Below are positions 1 to 17,182 of a DNA stretch of 64,000 bases, one piece after another. Origin of the DNA: Octopus vulgaris (Eukaryota); the NCBI GenBank assembly GCA_951406725.2, contig OX597833.1, positions 11,408,001-11,472,000 on the forward strand. The letters are read 5' to 3'. A program made the translations under genes and the position numbers. The first letter of the stretch is position 1. Each line of letters begins with the position of its first letter. The notes beneath the pieces are model-generated. The model was not told the origin of the DNA. It ran no database searches and worked only from the letters and a program-made list of their open reading frames with translations.

Positions 1-551
1 GGACCCGCACACGGCACAACACCTGCCGCGACCATCACACACAGAGCCGGAACCTCGGATTCAGCGACATCCGCCCCAGACCTCACCAGCTCTTCGTCCT
101 GAGCTCCGAGAGACAGGGGTCGAGACGCCAAGGGCTCCAGACACGGAACAACAGCATCAGCCATAACACCTTCAACAGGCCTTTTGGTTTCCTTAACATC
201 GGGCTCAGCAACATACGCTTTAGTTTCCGCAAACACTACCGGTCCAGCATCACAAATTTCGGCGACCAACCCAGGTTCCGAAACACTTCCTTCACTATCT
301 GTTTCTCTCGATGCCTCGTTCGACGGTCAATTTCTGCCCACAGGACCGTCGCTATCCCCGGTCCAACACCGATCCTTCAAAGCTGACCCATCCGCAACAT
401 CAAACTCCTGCTGATCTGCACACCGGCCCTGTCGCCTCTCGTCCATTGTCTCCATGAACGCGTCTGTCTGCGCCATCTGGCCCCTCAACATCTCCACAAT
501 CAGGGCAAGCGAAATCTCCCCGTCTCCGGTCCGACAACCAGACAAATCCAT
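1..551 (-). pseudogene. gag-like ORF N-terminus with an in-frame stop at 327-329
   Basis: ATG at 551 (MDLSGCRTG...LIVEMLRGQMAQTDAFMETMDERRQ) lies just after the PBS, and the same frame stays open past the TGA to the window edge. No diagnostic gag motif is visible. Confidence 0.5.
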
Positions 552-588
552 AGCGAAAAAAACCGATCGAAACGCAGCAATCAGGACA

Positions 589-606
589 ATCCCACTTCTG
601 ACACCA
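589..606 (-). promoter_or_regulatory. Primer-binding site complementary to the 3' end of tRNA-Leu
   Basis: Minus strand TGGTGTCAGAAGTGGGAT directly inside the LTR; a recognised tRNA-Leu PBS of gypsy-type elements. Confidence 0.8.
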
Positions 607-608
607 GT

Positions 609-1820
609 TGTTACGACACACGGGTGGGACCTCCTCCGATTCGAACTGTTACGGAAATCCTCATACACACAGGCCCGTTCGATGCAGCGATCAAGCTACG
701 GAAACTCGTCGGAGAGAGGAGAGAGGAGAGATACAACCGCAGCAAGGCAACAGAGACACAGAGAGGCAACCGAGAGAGACACCAAAAGAGGCAAGGCAAC
801 AGAGGCAACACTGGCTTACATTTAACAACTAGTTTATACGACAATCAATGGTTACAACATCAAAGCATTTAAGGCAAACATTTAAAGGAGGACATGCACG
901 TGACTACTCAATATAACAGTCCGGTAACGACACAACAAGTCATATATATCAGCAACAGATCAAAGCATTTAAACATGCAAGTAACAATATAACAGTATTT
1001 CATAGACAAACAAGTTCAGATCAAATAATGTTCACGATACATCACAGTCCAATCAGAACACTTCGATACATTATACAATGTTCGCATCACAACAATTCAC
1101 GTTACAATTCAAAGTTCATTATCGTCTACATCAGAGTCCTTCTTTTTCTCTCTTCTTTCTCTTCTTTTCTTTTACATCGTAACACGTATCAATACAAGTC
1201 AAATACCTTAATTCCTAATTAGAATCGCCAGTGTCCCATATTGCACTCATCTCTCTCTCAATACCGCCAACTCCAGCTTGCCAAACCGCTTGCTCCTAAG
1301 ACTGCACCGCTTGCTCCCAAGATTCCACCTACTCGCTCTGACTTCCAGAATCCGACTGTACCCTTCGACGACCGACTGCCAACTGCCAAAACCTCACCTC
1401 CTTGTCCTGACTTCCACTGTCCTCATCTCCCTCTGTCTCTACCCCTCATACCCTCTCATGACAGCTCTGCCATACTCTCTGCCTGTCCTTCCTTGCCCCC
1501 TCATCCTCTCTCACTGCTAATATCCTCTCTATCTGCTCTTAGATTCCTTACTCTATCTCTCTCACCACTTTCCTTCCTCTTCTTCAAGGGGTGTTTAGAA
1601 CGACCTCTAATCGACCGCACAAGTCCAGAAAGGTCCATCCAAAACTCATTAATCTCCCAGTAAACAAAGGACTGTCTCTTTTCTTCCAGACGTGCCGGCG
1701 CCACCATTCCAAAGTGGGTCACCAAGAAATGCACTAGCTAAACTCACTGCATCGAACGGTGTGTGAGGATTTCCGTAACAGTTCGATTCGCGGAGGTCCC
1801 ACCCTGTGTGTGTCATAACA
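609..1820 (-). repeat. Long terminal repeat with ~80-bp imperfect terminal inverted repeats
   Basis: 609-690 (tgttacgacacacgggtgggacctcc...gaactgttacggaaatcctca...cgttcgatgcag) is the reverse complement of ~1745-1820. Ends read TGTTA...TAACA. Confidence 0.8.
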
Positions 1821-1866
<46 letters not shown>

Positions 1867-1874
<8 letters not shown>

Positions 1875-2168
1875 AGGGCTTAGTAAAATAAATTACTTTG
1901 CCACATACTGAACTCATTAGTATACTTTTGTGAGTTAGTTTAGGCAAACACTATCTGAGAGAGATCTTCTTTAAGTATTAGAAATAGCTGAAGAAATTTC
2001 TTTAGCTGCTATTTCTAATGAGTTCAGTATGTGGCAAAGTAATTTATTTTACTAAGCCCTTATATATAATGTAATATTTTGAATTCGCCTATAATGGTCC
2101 CTTTACATACTGAATACTTGGTGAAATTGATTAATAATTAATTAATTTTACCCTCAATTGTTGAAATT

Positions 2169-2170
<2 letters not shown>
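1867..2170. repeat. Foldback repeat (~54-bp inverted arms plus AT-rich tail) inserted in (TA)n
   Basis: 1867-1920 is the reverse complement of 2015-2069. Same architecture as 50988-51265. Confidence 0.75.
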
Positions 2171-2212
<42 letters not shown>

Positions 2213-2894
2213 CAATATATACGTATGCACGTACGCTGAAGCATACACACCATAAATATCACAAATATACGTATCTACTTATACGCATACACACACACAA
2301 ACGCACACATATATGTGAGTGGACATACACTGTATAGTGTGATTGTTCGTGTACAATTGAGCACGTGTGTCTGTGTGCGTGCGTATGTGTGTGTGTGTTT
2401 GTGTTTATTTGTGCGTGTGTTTGTCCGTGTGTCTGTGTGTATGTATTTACATTCGTTCTTACATATTGTCATATATAAAAACCAACGTGAATTACAGTCA
2501 AACATTACGAAATTCACCGATCTACATTGGCACTCGCACGTTTTATTTTCAGTTGGAAAGAAAAGATTCAAAAAAACTCGCCTCACTTCCGTTCCTGATG
2601 GAGAGAAATAGATAAATGTGTGTAAATATGTACGTATTCCTATGTGTGTGTGTGTGTGTATGTTTGCATGTGTCTGTTTCTGTGCGTGTGTGTAAGTGTA
2701 CATCTAGATATAATACTTAACACTAATATTAATAGGGCTAAACGTTGCAGCGACAGGGCATGGCCATGCTAGAACCCCACCATTACATTATATCTGGTGG
2801 AAGAGCGATCGGACAGGAGTACAATTCCACCCTCTTTGTGTTTAATTGGGATGTGTGTATATGTATGTATATATATATATATATATATACATCC

Positions 2895-2937
<43 letters not shown>

Positions 2938-2938
2938 T

Positions 2939-3005
<67 letters not shown>

Positions 3006-3189
3006 CATAGATAGATAGATAGATATGTAGATAAATAGATTGATAGATAGATATGTATGTACATACATACGTAACTATATATGTGTGTATGTATATATGA
3101 TATGTATATATATATATATATATAGATGTATGTGTGTGTGTGTGTGTGTATAGCACACATAGTGTGTATGTATCTATGTTTTATATATG

Positions 3190-3385
3190 TGTCTGTTATT
3201 GTCGCACCACTATCGATTCTCAACTGATGTCGGTGTGTTTACGTCCCCGTAACATAGCGGTTCGGCTAGAAATAACCGATAGAATGAGCAATAGGCTTAC
3301 AAAGAATAATTCCTGAAGTCGATTTGTCCTACTAAACGCAGTGCTCTAGCATGGCCGCAGTCAAATGACTGAAACGGGTAAAAGA
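3190..3385 (+). mobile_element. 3' half of an octopus-type tRNA-derived SINE
   Basis: ggtgtgtttacgtccccgtaac...gcttacaaagaataa...ctagcatggccgcagtcaaatgactgaaac matches the 3' half of the SINE at 30357-30780. Confidence 0.65.
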
Positions 3386-3401
3386 ATATATTTATATACA
3401 A

Positions 3402-3464
<63 letters not shown>

Positions 3465-3886
3465 GATAAATAGAGAGAGAGAGAGAGATAGACAGAGAGA
3501 TACAGTGATAGATACACACACGCATATATTTGTTTGTATATATATATCTATATATGTTCACGCGCTAATATATTCATATATATGTATATTTATATATACA
3601 TATATATGTATATTATATATACAAATATACGTATATGTATATATATGTATGTTTAGGTGTGTGCGCCTGTGTGTTCGTGTGTGATTACGTGTGTGATCTT
3701 ATGTGTGTGTGTGTGCTCCATAGGAACATATGTAAGTGATTCATGCATACATCCTTACATCCATCCATCCATCCGTACGTACATACATCCACATATTAAT
3801 ACATACATACGTAAATGCATACATACATACATGCATATATAAATACATAAAGACATACATATATTAACACAAAATCCATGACTTAC

Positions 3887-4030
3887 CGTTTTTGATTTCT
3901 CTTCCATTTTTCCTATTCTTGAATCTTGATGAAGAATCACGATCGTCAGAACGAGAAGAACCCCAAAAGCTATGAGAGAAGAAATGGAATAACGCTGCGA
4001 AATATTCCTGGACAGTTGTGCGAAATCCAT
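3887..4030 (-). CDS. Exon 1 (cytoplasmic tail and signal-anchor) of C4-like gene copy A; downstream exons would lie left of the window
   Basis: 48 codons MDFAQLSRNISQRYSISSLIAFGVLLVLTIVILHQDSRIGKMEEKSKT ending at a GTAAGT donor (phase 0); three near-identical copies in the window. Confidence 0.75.
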
Positions 4031-4440
4031 TCTGGTGACAGTTGTCGGTCGTACGTGATACTTCGTGTGGCTTCAACAAAAGATCGAGATGCGAGGTTTA
4101 AGCTGAAGACCTGTAACTGAATTCCACGTATTTATTGAGCGCACAACAACCCAGCTCTGGCATAGATCTTATCGTAAATTTATGAACCAATGCGATTGGT
4201 GGAACTGTAAAAGCGGGTGTGAACTTGTCTGACAGGTTTAATTATTGGAAAGAGATGGTTTGATATTGTCACACAATAATTAGCAAAATATTTTGATGAA
4301 TGAGAGACACGTGTAAAGTGAAATGATTCCTGTTTCTGGATATATTATGATATATTTATTTACTAATGTTGTTATTTAATTTTATTTGTTTATTCTTGGG
4401 AAACTGTTTTAATATTCAGTGTGGGAAGTATTTCGTTCAA
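4031..4440 (-). promoter_or_regulatory. Conserved 5'UTR/promoter block of the C4-like genes, with opposed CCAAT boxes (CCAATgcgATTGG, 4187-4199)
   Basis: Non-coding block nearly identical upstream of all three exon-1 copies. The CCAAT pair and an AT-rich TATA-like tract near 4130 are seen directly; function is inferred. Confidence 0.45.
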
Positions 4441-4447
4441 CCAACAA

Positions 4448-8919
<4,472 letters not shown>

Positions 8920-10145
8920 CACTCTCGGTTTGGCCCTCGAAATAAGGTTAATTTGAAATAAGCTACAAAATAAATCTTACAGCCATGTCAGATTTCAACA
9001 AAGTCCCATAATTTTTCCTATTGTAATGGCGGGTTGCATATGCAGCTGCGCATGCTCTGTACAGCTTAAACACCTGGCGGTCGTTTTAACTGTCTAATTA
9101 TGCCGCTGAATCAAAAGATGAATTTGAAGATCTACCAGCGTCCGTATTCTCTGTAATTGTTCACGATTTACAACCAAGAATATATTTGTAATCTAGAGAA
9201 GCGAATGCAGATTTACCCATCAGACTAATAATAGTGGGATAGTAAACATTAATAATCTTTAATCTTTATTGCAGCTTGATGTTGTTAACCGAACCCTTCG
9301 TTTATCTGACAAATATTGGACACACTCCAACATACTGTCATGAATCCTATTGGATATAACGTGACGGTCACAACATCTCAGCCTTTTTACACACAGCATC
9401 CGTGCTTGCCCTGACTATATTTGCTCTCTTTACTCTCACTTTTATGGGTGTTGTATTCGTTTCGCATGAAATGTATTCAGCTTCTAGGATCCATCCTTTC
9501 TTCGAGTCTGGTATGTTTACGTAGATGAGTGAAAGAAATCGTCGTATTTGATGATCTCTGCTGCTGAAATGAGGCAATTTTTCTGGTTGATTTCATTTCT
9601 TATTCTTGTATATCAGCGTTTAGTATATGATGTGTATGTTGTGTGCATCGAGTTTCATTTTGTCATAATTTGTGGAAAGGTGGGAAGGTTGTGATTTAGA
9701 TTTAGGTTGGGAGGACCAATACTTATTTCGACTGTCTTTTGAAGGATTGATTGTGTAGTTTCCACATTCTCAGAAGTCTTTAAACGAACAATTTGCGTTA
9801 TTTCTAAAAGAGATGATAAATAGGTTTTATAAGTTATGAGGTAAGAATGGAACGGAAATCTTCCCTGATTAATAACAGCAAATAAAATGGTTTGTGTAGA
9901 AGTAACTGGTCGTTGTTGTTGTTGAAGCGATCGTGTGTTTTCTGTGCTAAATAATGTGGTGGTTCATGGTCCTTTTTTAGAATCTGAGTTGTAATTTCAA
10001 AAGCAAGATGTCTGAGATAGTAGCGTCAAGTATTAGATTTTCTAAGGCTGTGAAAAACAAGCTGATATATGTCTATGCTGGTACTATATTTAGGTTTTTC
10101 TGAATAATGAGGCAGAAGACAAAATACTGTTAACCGAAATAGCAT

Positions 10146-10151
10146 TTTATT
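10146..10151 (-). terminator. Candidate polyadenylation signal AATAAA of gene copy B
   Basis: About 250 nt past the stop codon; an equivalent site lies at 54975-54980 in copy D. Confidence 0.45.
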
Positions 10152-10399
10152 TTAACATTAATTTGACAAATTGAAATCTTACAAAATGTTTTTCTAGAAT
10201 TGTTCCGACAGATTTAGATTTTTTTCTCAGGATATTTCTGGCTTTCTACTTCGCCTCTTTTGTATGGTTTTCAATATCATCTGATATACCAGTTTCTTTT
10301 AACGATAGACATACTTGAAAGAAAATATTAGGTAAAAATTCATATCATTTCTTGTAATTCACAGACATATTTTCCTATGGAACCGAATTTAATTTCTAT

Positions 10400-10899
10400 T
10401 CAATATTTACTGCACACAACGCAGGTTAATTCTTGACCATTGACATACGGTGGACATGGCAATGAACCACAAGCAGCCTGAACGAAATATAATACAGCTC
10501 CATTTTCGTCTCTGTAACCTGCTGGATCAGCCTCTGGCGCATAATCCACACACACATATTCTAGTCTGCCCTTTTCTGCATGAAGACTGGCCATCAAATA
10601 TCCTGAATACTCAGCTGTCCAACCAGGGTAACACTTTGTCCTGGCTGGTAACATCATAACAACAGCAGGTTGTCGTGTCAAACAGACAGCGCACGGAACG
10701 TTGTGATTATGAAGTGATTTAGCATTAGCATAGGAAAAGAGTTGATTAGTTGGGTAATGACCTAATTCATATTCACTGCCATGAATGTAACCACATTTTT
10801 CAACTTCTGTCGTATAATTGGCCCAAATGGGATCGTTGGGTAGACACAAGAGATTACTTCCGCCACCAGTATGGGTAAAATGTTGTCCACCAACCACAC
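10400..10899 (-). CDS. Exon 4 (last) of short-chain collagen C4-like gene copy B
   Basis: GGGSNLLCLP, GSEYE, HNVPCAVC, MMLPARTKCYPGWTAEYSGYLM, EYVCVD and CGSLPCPPY..ELTCVVCSK are motifs of the spongin/short-chain collagen C4 C-terminal domain. AG acceptor at 10901-10900, phase 1. Confidence 0.9.
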
Positions 10900-12482
10900 C
10901 TAGGATTCGTAAGAATAAATCAAGTAAGTAAGATGTTAAGCAAAATTAAATATGAAATAACGGAAACATTCATTACAGTTTGACCCTTAAAAGGAGTCAT
11001 GTTTAATCACGTGTGAACGAATTGTGGTGTATGTTTTAGTGTTTATATGAGTGTATGCTGTGTTATATATTTGTGTCTTTGTGTTTGTGTTTGTGTCTGT
11101 GGGTGTGTGCGGGTAAGTATTTGTGGTTGTGATGTGTATTGCATGGGATACATGTTCGTGTGGGGATGTTAATAAACGGAGAAAGGAAAGGGATTTTGTA
11201 ACGCATGTGGTTGTGATTTCCCGAAATGGAAAAGATGTCGTCCACGTTCGAACGGGAAAATTGTTGGTGATGGAAATTGCATGTGGTTTGAGTAGAACAA
11301 TACGAGAGAAGGTGAGATGCAGAGACCTGGTGGGTAAGAGGGGATGAAATACTGTTTAGCCGACCATACGGGTGTGACTGGCTACATCCAACGGTTTGTC
11401 TCGTACGAGTCAGGCCTACCACGAGACGGGCCTACCACATACTATAATATTATGATCACACAGATTTTATTTCATGCAAAGCATGAACTGAGGTGGAGTG
11501 AATTTTGAAGCTCATTGATGGCGTAGTATTTAAGAAGAATGGACAGCGATGTCGGCGACCGATAAAGGACATGTGTAGGGTTTATAGGGAGCAGATTCAC
11601 AAAGGATGCGAGGTTGGTTGGAGAAGATGTGGGAAGCAGTATCTTTGAATTGGATGTGCCGGCGTTACCTTACAAAGATATACTGGACAATTAATGAGGG
11701 GAGGTAACGCATGGAAACAGAAAGGTTTGAGGGATAGGACGATTTCGGTGAGGTGGAGAAGAATAGAAGTGCAATATGTACTCACTTGGGTTCTCTCAGT
11801 GGTACTTGGTCCCTCCATATTTTGCATAATACATACGGCCCTTAGTTAGCTTTGTCCATTAGTTACAGTGTGGGGTTTGTCCATTCCACGTTGTACATTC
11901 AGCGTGCATGTCATTAACCATATACATTCATTCATCAATTCTAAGAGACCTTGTTTAATTTAGTCTATAACGACAATCAATAGACACTCTAGCTAATGAT
12001 AGTCAAGTAGCCACTTTTCAGCTCTGGTCACTCACGTACAATACCACCATCCGTAGCCAGTACACTTGATCATCAGTCAGCAGCCTCGGTATTTGATATC
12101 TACATCCATACAAATCAGCCAGGAGTCCTTGATCGCTATACTGGATTCCCGTCTAGTCCCTATCTATAATTTAACGTAGAGATATCTATATTCTGTAGTT
12201 AGACAACCGCCTTTTCACTTGGTCCGTAGTAGACAACATTTAAAATTCTGATTTGACCAAATACCTACAAAGGAGTAAGCAGTCTTGTGCAGACTCTATA
12301 GGGTCTATAGGTATCGTTTCAAACGTGATATGTCATCAAATGATTTGCTTGAGTGTGTGGGTGTGTGTGTGAGAGAGAGGGGGAGGGAGAGGGACGACAC
12401 AAAGAGAAAATGAGAGGAATAAAAAGAGAAGAAGAGAAAGATAAAATGAGAAAGAGAGGATAGAAGTATAGTTTATACTAAC

Positions 12483-12557
12483 CGTCATATACAAGGCTTG
12501 AATTAGTAGGACAAGTAGTTCTGCCCCACCGGGTATACAATGATCCGGGACCAGGTT
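12483..12557 (-). CDS. Exon 3 of C4-like gene copy B
   Basis: 75 bp with CAG acceptor and GTTAGT donor, phase 1-1. Encodes PGPGSLYTRWGRTTCPTNSSLVYD(G), the YxRWGRxxCP start of the domain, in frame with exon 4. Confidence 0.9.
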
Positions 12558-12949
12558 CTGTGAAATTAAAATGAAACAATGTAGTTTAAAAGAAAGAATT
12601 CTTGAATCCTATACAAAGGAAGTTGTTGGCTTGGAAGGAATTGATAGAGAGGAGAGAAATTTAGAATTTAAGAGAAAAAGAATGAGTGAATGAATGAAAA
12701 TCAGAATGAAAGAAGTAAATGATTCGCTAAGAATAAATTTTAAACGAAGAAAATAAGTCATTTGTCTATTGAGCCTGTTGTTGACGTTGATGTCAACGAA
12801 TTGAGAGATTAATCTCAGAATATCAGAATGTGTATTTGGCTCCTTTAAGAACGGATGTTTGTTTTGTTGTTGAACTTGGATGTGAGTATATATATATATA
12901 TTTGTGACCGTAATAATGATAAAGTCTTTTATAGATATGTAGGCCATAT

Positions 12950-14780
12950 TATCAATTCTTGGTACTGGATTGGTCAATTACAAATATCAGGTTGGTGCTT
13001 GGCGTGAATCAGGCCATCATAGCTACAATATGCAAAGGGCTCGAAGGAATAGCCATAACGCGTCATTCATGGAGAGGGATAACAGCATTTGCGTCCGGAT
13101 CTTGGATGAAGGAGTCCATTTGGGAAATATTTTTCAGTCTCCACCCAACTCAAATTGGGATGCATGGGAAGGGAAAACAAAATATGTGTGTTCCATGTCA
13201 CCGAAGCCGGTCCAGAAGGGATCATCCGTTCATAATTGAGAATTAGACTGTCAAAACCGGACGAGACAAAACGTTGCCTGTTATATATAATCAGTCTCCT
13301 CAAGAAAGCTTCATTGCTTCGGAGGCGCACACTTGGAATTAGGTTGGAAACTCCACCGTGCAGGTGTGGTGCCAACTATGTCTGCACAGTCGGAAGTGGG
13401 ATGCTCACGATCCCTGGTTTTCAGATTGGATTATGGAGTGAATCCCACTAGGTATTAAGGGATACCTCCTGAAGCTCAAGCAGAATGAAGGAGTGGTGTA
13501 GCTGCTGGAAGTAAATGCACCCAATAGCGAGGGCAAATACAAATGCTTCCTTAACAAAGTCACTGCAGCTTTGGATATATTTGGGGTAAAGTCATTTGTC
13601 TTACAAGGAGACTCCCGTGCACACTTTGACGCTGATAACCGCAAGAAATACTGATTGGGTGGAATGGCGTCACAAACCTTAATGTGGTGGCCATACTAGT
13701 CTTCTGGACTCTCTATGATATAGATATCGTTTTAAGACATGGTTGTTTATAAAGGTACTTGGAAAAGAAATGCTTAGTGACAGAGGTTCTTGATAGATGT
13801 TGTTGTCGTCTCAGTCATCTTTGAGTCTGTGCTGGACGTTCGGGTAAAAGGAGTGGAGAGAGTTGTCAACTGATCACTACCAAGATGTCTGAAACCGGAA
13901 GATGCCTACAGTTGGGAGAACCTAGTAACTTGGTAAGTCCAGTGCGACCTACAGAATAAAGTTGAAAGCAGTAGTGGATGATGGAATAAGAAAGAAAATT
14001 GTGGATAATATTGCATCCAAATTGAGAGAGACCCACATGAATAAACTTGGGCATCGAAATCGATTAGTGATTGTATTATTTTTTTCGAACTAAAGTCACT
14101 GAAAAGTGATAAAGCTGCTGGAGAGAAATACGTTCGTCTTGATAATTTAAAACCCTTAAATACTCAGGGTATTCTCTGAGTGACCCATGTATGCTAGGTG
14201 GAATGGGGCATCAGGGAAAACACGAGGGCAATGTCAATCCGGGGTAATAATCACAGATTTTTTTAAGACAAAGTCTACACTACACGTCTAGAAATGTTAC
14301 GTAGGGAAAAGGTCGCGCCCAAGATTACTGTCCTGGATAGGGTACACCCGACCAGATATTCGTTCAAAGGCAGATCTTCGAGAAAACGTTGAAATATATC
14401 CAAGGGGAATACGCTGTAGACCACGTGCCGTGGGGCATGTTGCGGATGGTTTACCAGGAAGGTGAGATTATTGGGCAAATACCTTTTACCGTAAAATACT
14501 CGTACGGATGTCCAAATGTTTGTATTTGTGCAAAAGCCGAATGTTTTCAACATGGAGTTTGGACTTCAATAGAAGAACGCATTGTTAGTGCTTCTTCTCG
14601 CATTTCTTATGATCTGGTTGAGCAAGGCTCAGCCATTTTAGAAGAAGTATCTCATTTCGTCTGTATGGGGTTGGTCGACTGCTATTTGCAGACGACATGC
14701 AGCTATCTGACTCAAGTCATGATCACTTACGACATGTATTGAATAAGTTGGCTGCCGAGTGCTCCAAGGCAGTGATGAAC
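12950..14780 (+). pseudogene. Highly degenerate RTE-clade LINE in intron 2
   Basis: Fragments (..DHVPWGMLRMV.., ..LFADD-like.., ..LNKLAAECSKA) follow RTE RT domain order; many stops; older paralogue of 58450-60370. Confidence 0.6.
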
Positions 14781-15265
14781 ACACACTCTGTAGGAAAGTG
14801 GAACATCGTTACTTTGGGAATCTATTCACGAGTGATTGGAAGCACAAGACTGAGCAAATTGCTAAATTGTAGATATAAACGCTACGTACGGCATTCGATT
14901 CTCAGACGAATAATAGTTGGTACACTTATCGACATAGCGCTGCACACACACACATACACACTCATATACACACAATTAATGTCATAGTATAACAGAGTAA
15001 AATTTTATTAAAGAAATTATTGTAAAGAAAAATGTATTTTAAAAGAAATTTAGACTAGTGTCTTAGTATATATTACTGAAGAAATATGGATAATAATGTA
15101 GAGACAATTCAACTTTGGTGAAATTATAAATCGTTAAAGAGACACGGGTGAATGACTTTAGCTAAACACTGTAGAACTGGAAGCTGGATACTTTATAATA
15201 TTTAATCTCATTCCTGAACATTTCTTCAAAGTTATTGTCTTATACAATATAAAATTAGTTCTTAC

Positions 15266-15317
15266 TTGGGGTGTCATCAGGTTTATCGTCACAAGATTTC
15301 TTGGAGATGACACGGTT
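15266..15317 (-). CDS. Exon 2 of C4-like gene copy B (stalk)
   Basis: 52 bp with TTTTCCACAG acceptor and GTAAG donor, phase 0-1, exactly bridging exon 1 and exon 3. Encodes NRVISKKSCDDKPDDTP. Confidence 0.8.
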
Positions 15318-16124
15318 CTGTGGAAAAAGAGAGAGTATTTATTATCGTTTAGAACTGAAAAGAATGCAATATATGACAACATTTTCGGACAGCATTTTAT
15401 GAAGATGTGGGTGACGTCGACATTGTCCATTCCACCAAATCTATTATATCGTGTTACATCTTGGAGGTTTGCTGGAACTGCATGCCTTTCTGTGAATCTG
15501 GTATTTCATTATTTCATGCTTGTATATGGCAAAGCATACACATTACATAAACAGCTAATATCCCTGTTCATTGTCAAGAGTAGACTAATTTTGCTATCTA
15601 AAATCGCTGGTAGTTTGAAGATTACTATAAACGTAGACTTGCGCATTCTGCTGACGCACAAGAAAGCCCGACGCCAACCTTTCATGTACGGCGTCCTAAT
15701 ACGCTGTAGGACTTTTCCACTGCGACCTTAGGAGAATCTGTCAAGGCAATAGGATGCAATATTTAAAAGTAGTTTGAATTGATGCAAAAGCTCTATTGCC
15801 TTGATTTTGTTTAGTATAGTTATCCATCATGATCACTAAAGAGTCAGGCATTTCTAGCACTGGTGAATAATATTCCGGATTGAAGCTCGAATGTCAATAT
15901 ATCATTTGAGGTTCAATGGAATATCACAAAAGTTTGTAATAAAAATGTTTGGGAACATATATAGTAGGTTATAAATTGACTGCATACGAAAGGGATGAGA
16001 ATTAGATATTTTGTACACGGGTGCTATATAAACTGGTTATTCACTCCTTAAATATAGTGTGTATATGTAGATGTATATATGTAAGTGTATAAAAATTTAT
16101 ATATATATATATATGTGTGTGTGT

Positions 16125-16161
<37 letters not shown>

Positions 16162-16198
16162 TATACATATATATAACATATGTTTGTGTGTATGTGTT

Positions 16199-16229
<31 letters not shown>

Positions 16230-16270
16230 ACATATATACATATATACATATATATATATATGTATTTATA

Positions 16271-16837
16271 TTGGGTTGCCTGGAAAGTTCGTGCCGATTT
16301 TTAAAGGAAAATAAAGGGCCAATAAATACTTGCCATTGCATTTTTAAACAACCAAATATGAACCATTTTGTAAAACTATGCTTCTCCATCTTTCCTTTAA
16401 CTTGAATATACCCTCTTTTCAGGGTTGAGGTGGTTTCATGGCAAAGAATTCATCGAGGTATCTTTTGACGTCATTCAAGCAATTAAAATTTTTACCATTA
16501 AGACTATTCTGCAGAGGCCTGAATAAGTGGAAATCCGAAGGTGCAATATCTGGTGAATATGGAGGGATGGAGTAACACATACCAGCCGAGCTGCAGCAAT
16601 TTTTGTCTTGTTCCCAAAGCATCAAGTGCCGAAAATGAACTTTCTTATCTTGCATTTTAAAGTGTTACAAAATTAACACCTGTTATAGGAACATAAACCT
16701 TCTTACACGAAAAGATAGCTTAAACTGCGCTCTAAATGGAGGTGGAGTTAAATTCTATTTTATGAACTCAACCATGTTCTAAAATAAGTCGAAATTAAAG
16801 CTACCATATATCAGCAATAAATTTCTGGACAACCGAA
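16271..16837 (-). mobile_element. Internally deleted mariner transposon
   Basis: PPYSPDIAPSDFHLF motif fused to an N-terminal MQDKKVHFRH segment. Imperfect ~27-bp TIRs (ttgggttgcctggaaa / tttctggacaaccgaa) flanked by TA. Confidence 0.85.
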
Positions 16838-16887
16838 TAGATTGACAGGTATTTCTATATCAATCAATCTATCTATCTATCTATCTT

Positions 16888-16971
<84 letters not shown>

Positions 16972-17023
16972 CCAATCTATCTATCTATCTATCCATATCG
17001 CTATCCATCTATCTATCTATCTT

Positions 17024-17054
<31 letters not shown>

Positions 17055-17182
17055 TTCTATCCGCAAATCTACCAATCCATACTCACACATATTTACACAC
17101 AAGCACACATACATACCTAAATAAATACATGCATACAGACATACATATGTTAACACAAAATCCATGACTTACCGTTTTTGAT

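Larger units (their letters stand above)
1..1820 (-). mobile_element. 5' part of a Ty3/gypsy-type LTR retrotransposon (5' LTR, PBS, start of gag-like ORF), runs off the window
   Basis: On the minus strand, a TG...CA-bounded 1.2-kb LTR (1820-609) is followed 2 nt later by TGGTGTCAGAAGTGGGAT (PBS), then a GC-rich ORF. The outer end abuts a (TA)n tract. Confidence 0.8.
2210..4440. repeat. Segmental duplication unit (intron 1, exon 1 and promoter of the C4-like gene)
   Basis: Near-identical to ~49905-52850 and 63350-64000; the right part also matches ~29560-30355. Confidence 0.9.

Noticed and set aside
9000-9900. Possible very old LINE RT remnant on the minus strand (similar texture near 53.9-54.9 kb)
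   Set aside because: Only vague motif resemblance; cannot be supported without a profile search.
10400-10899. Annotating the gene as a true collagen IV or giving it a gene symbol
   Set aside because: No Gly-X-Y repeats; only the related C-terminal domain is present and orthology is unknown.
12036-12099. Possible extra exon (AG...GTGAGT) conserved in copies B and D
   Set aside because: 64 bp, introduces a stop in the incoming phase, and has a poor polypyrimidine tract. Exons 3 and 4 already join in frame.
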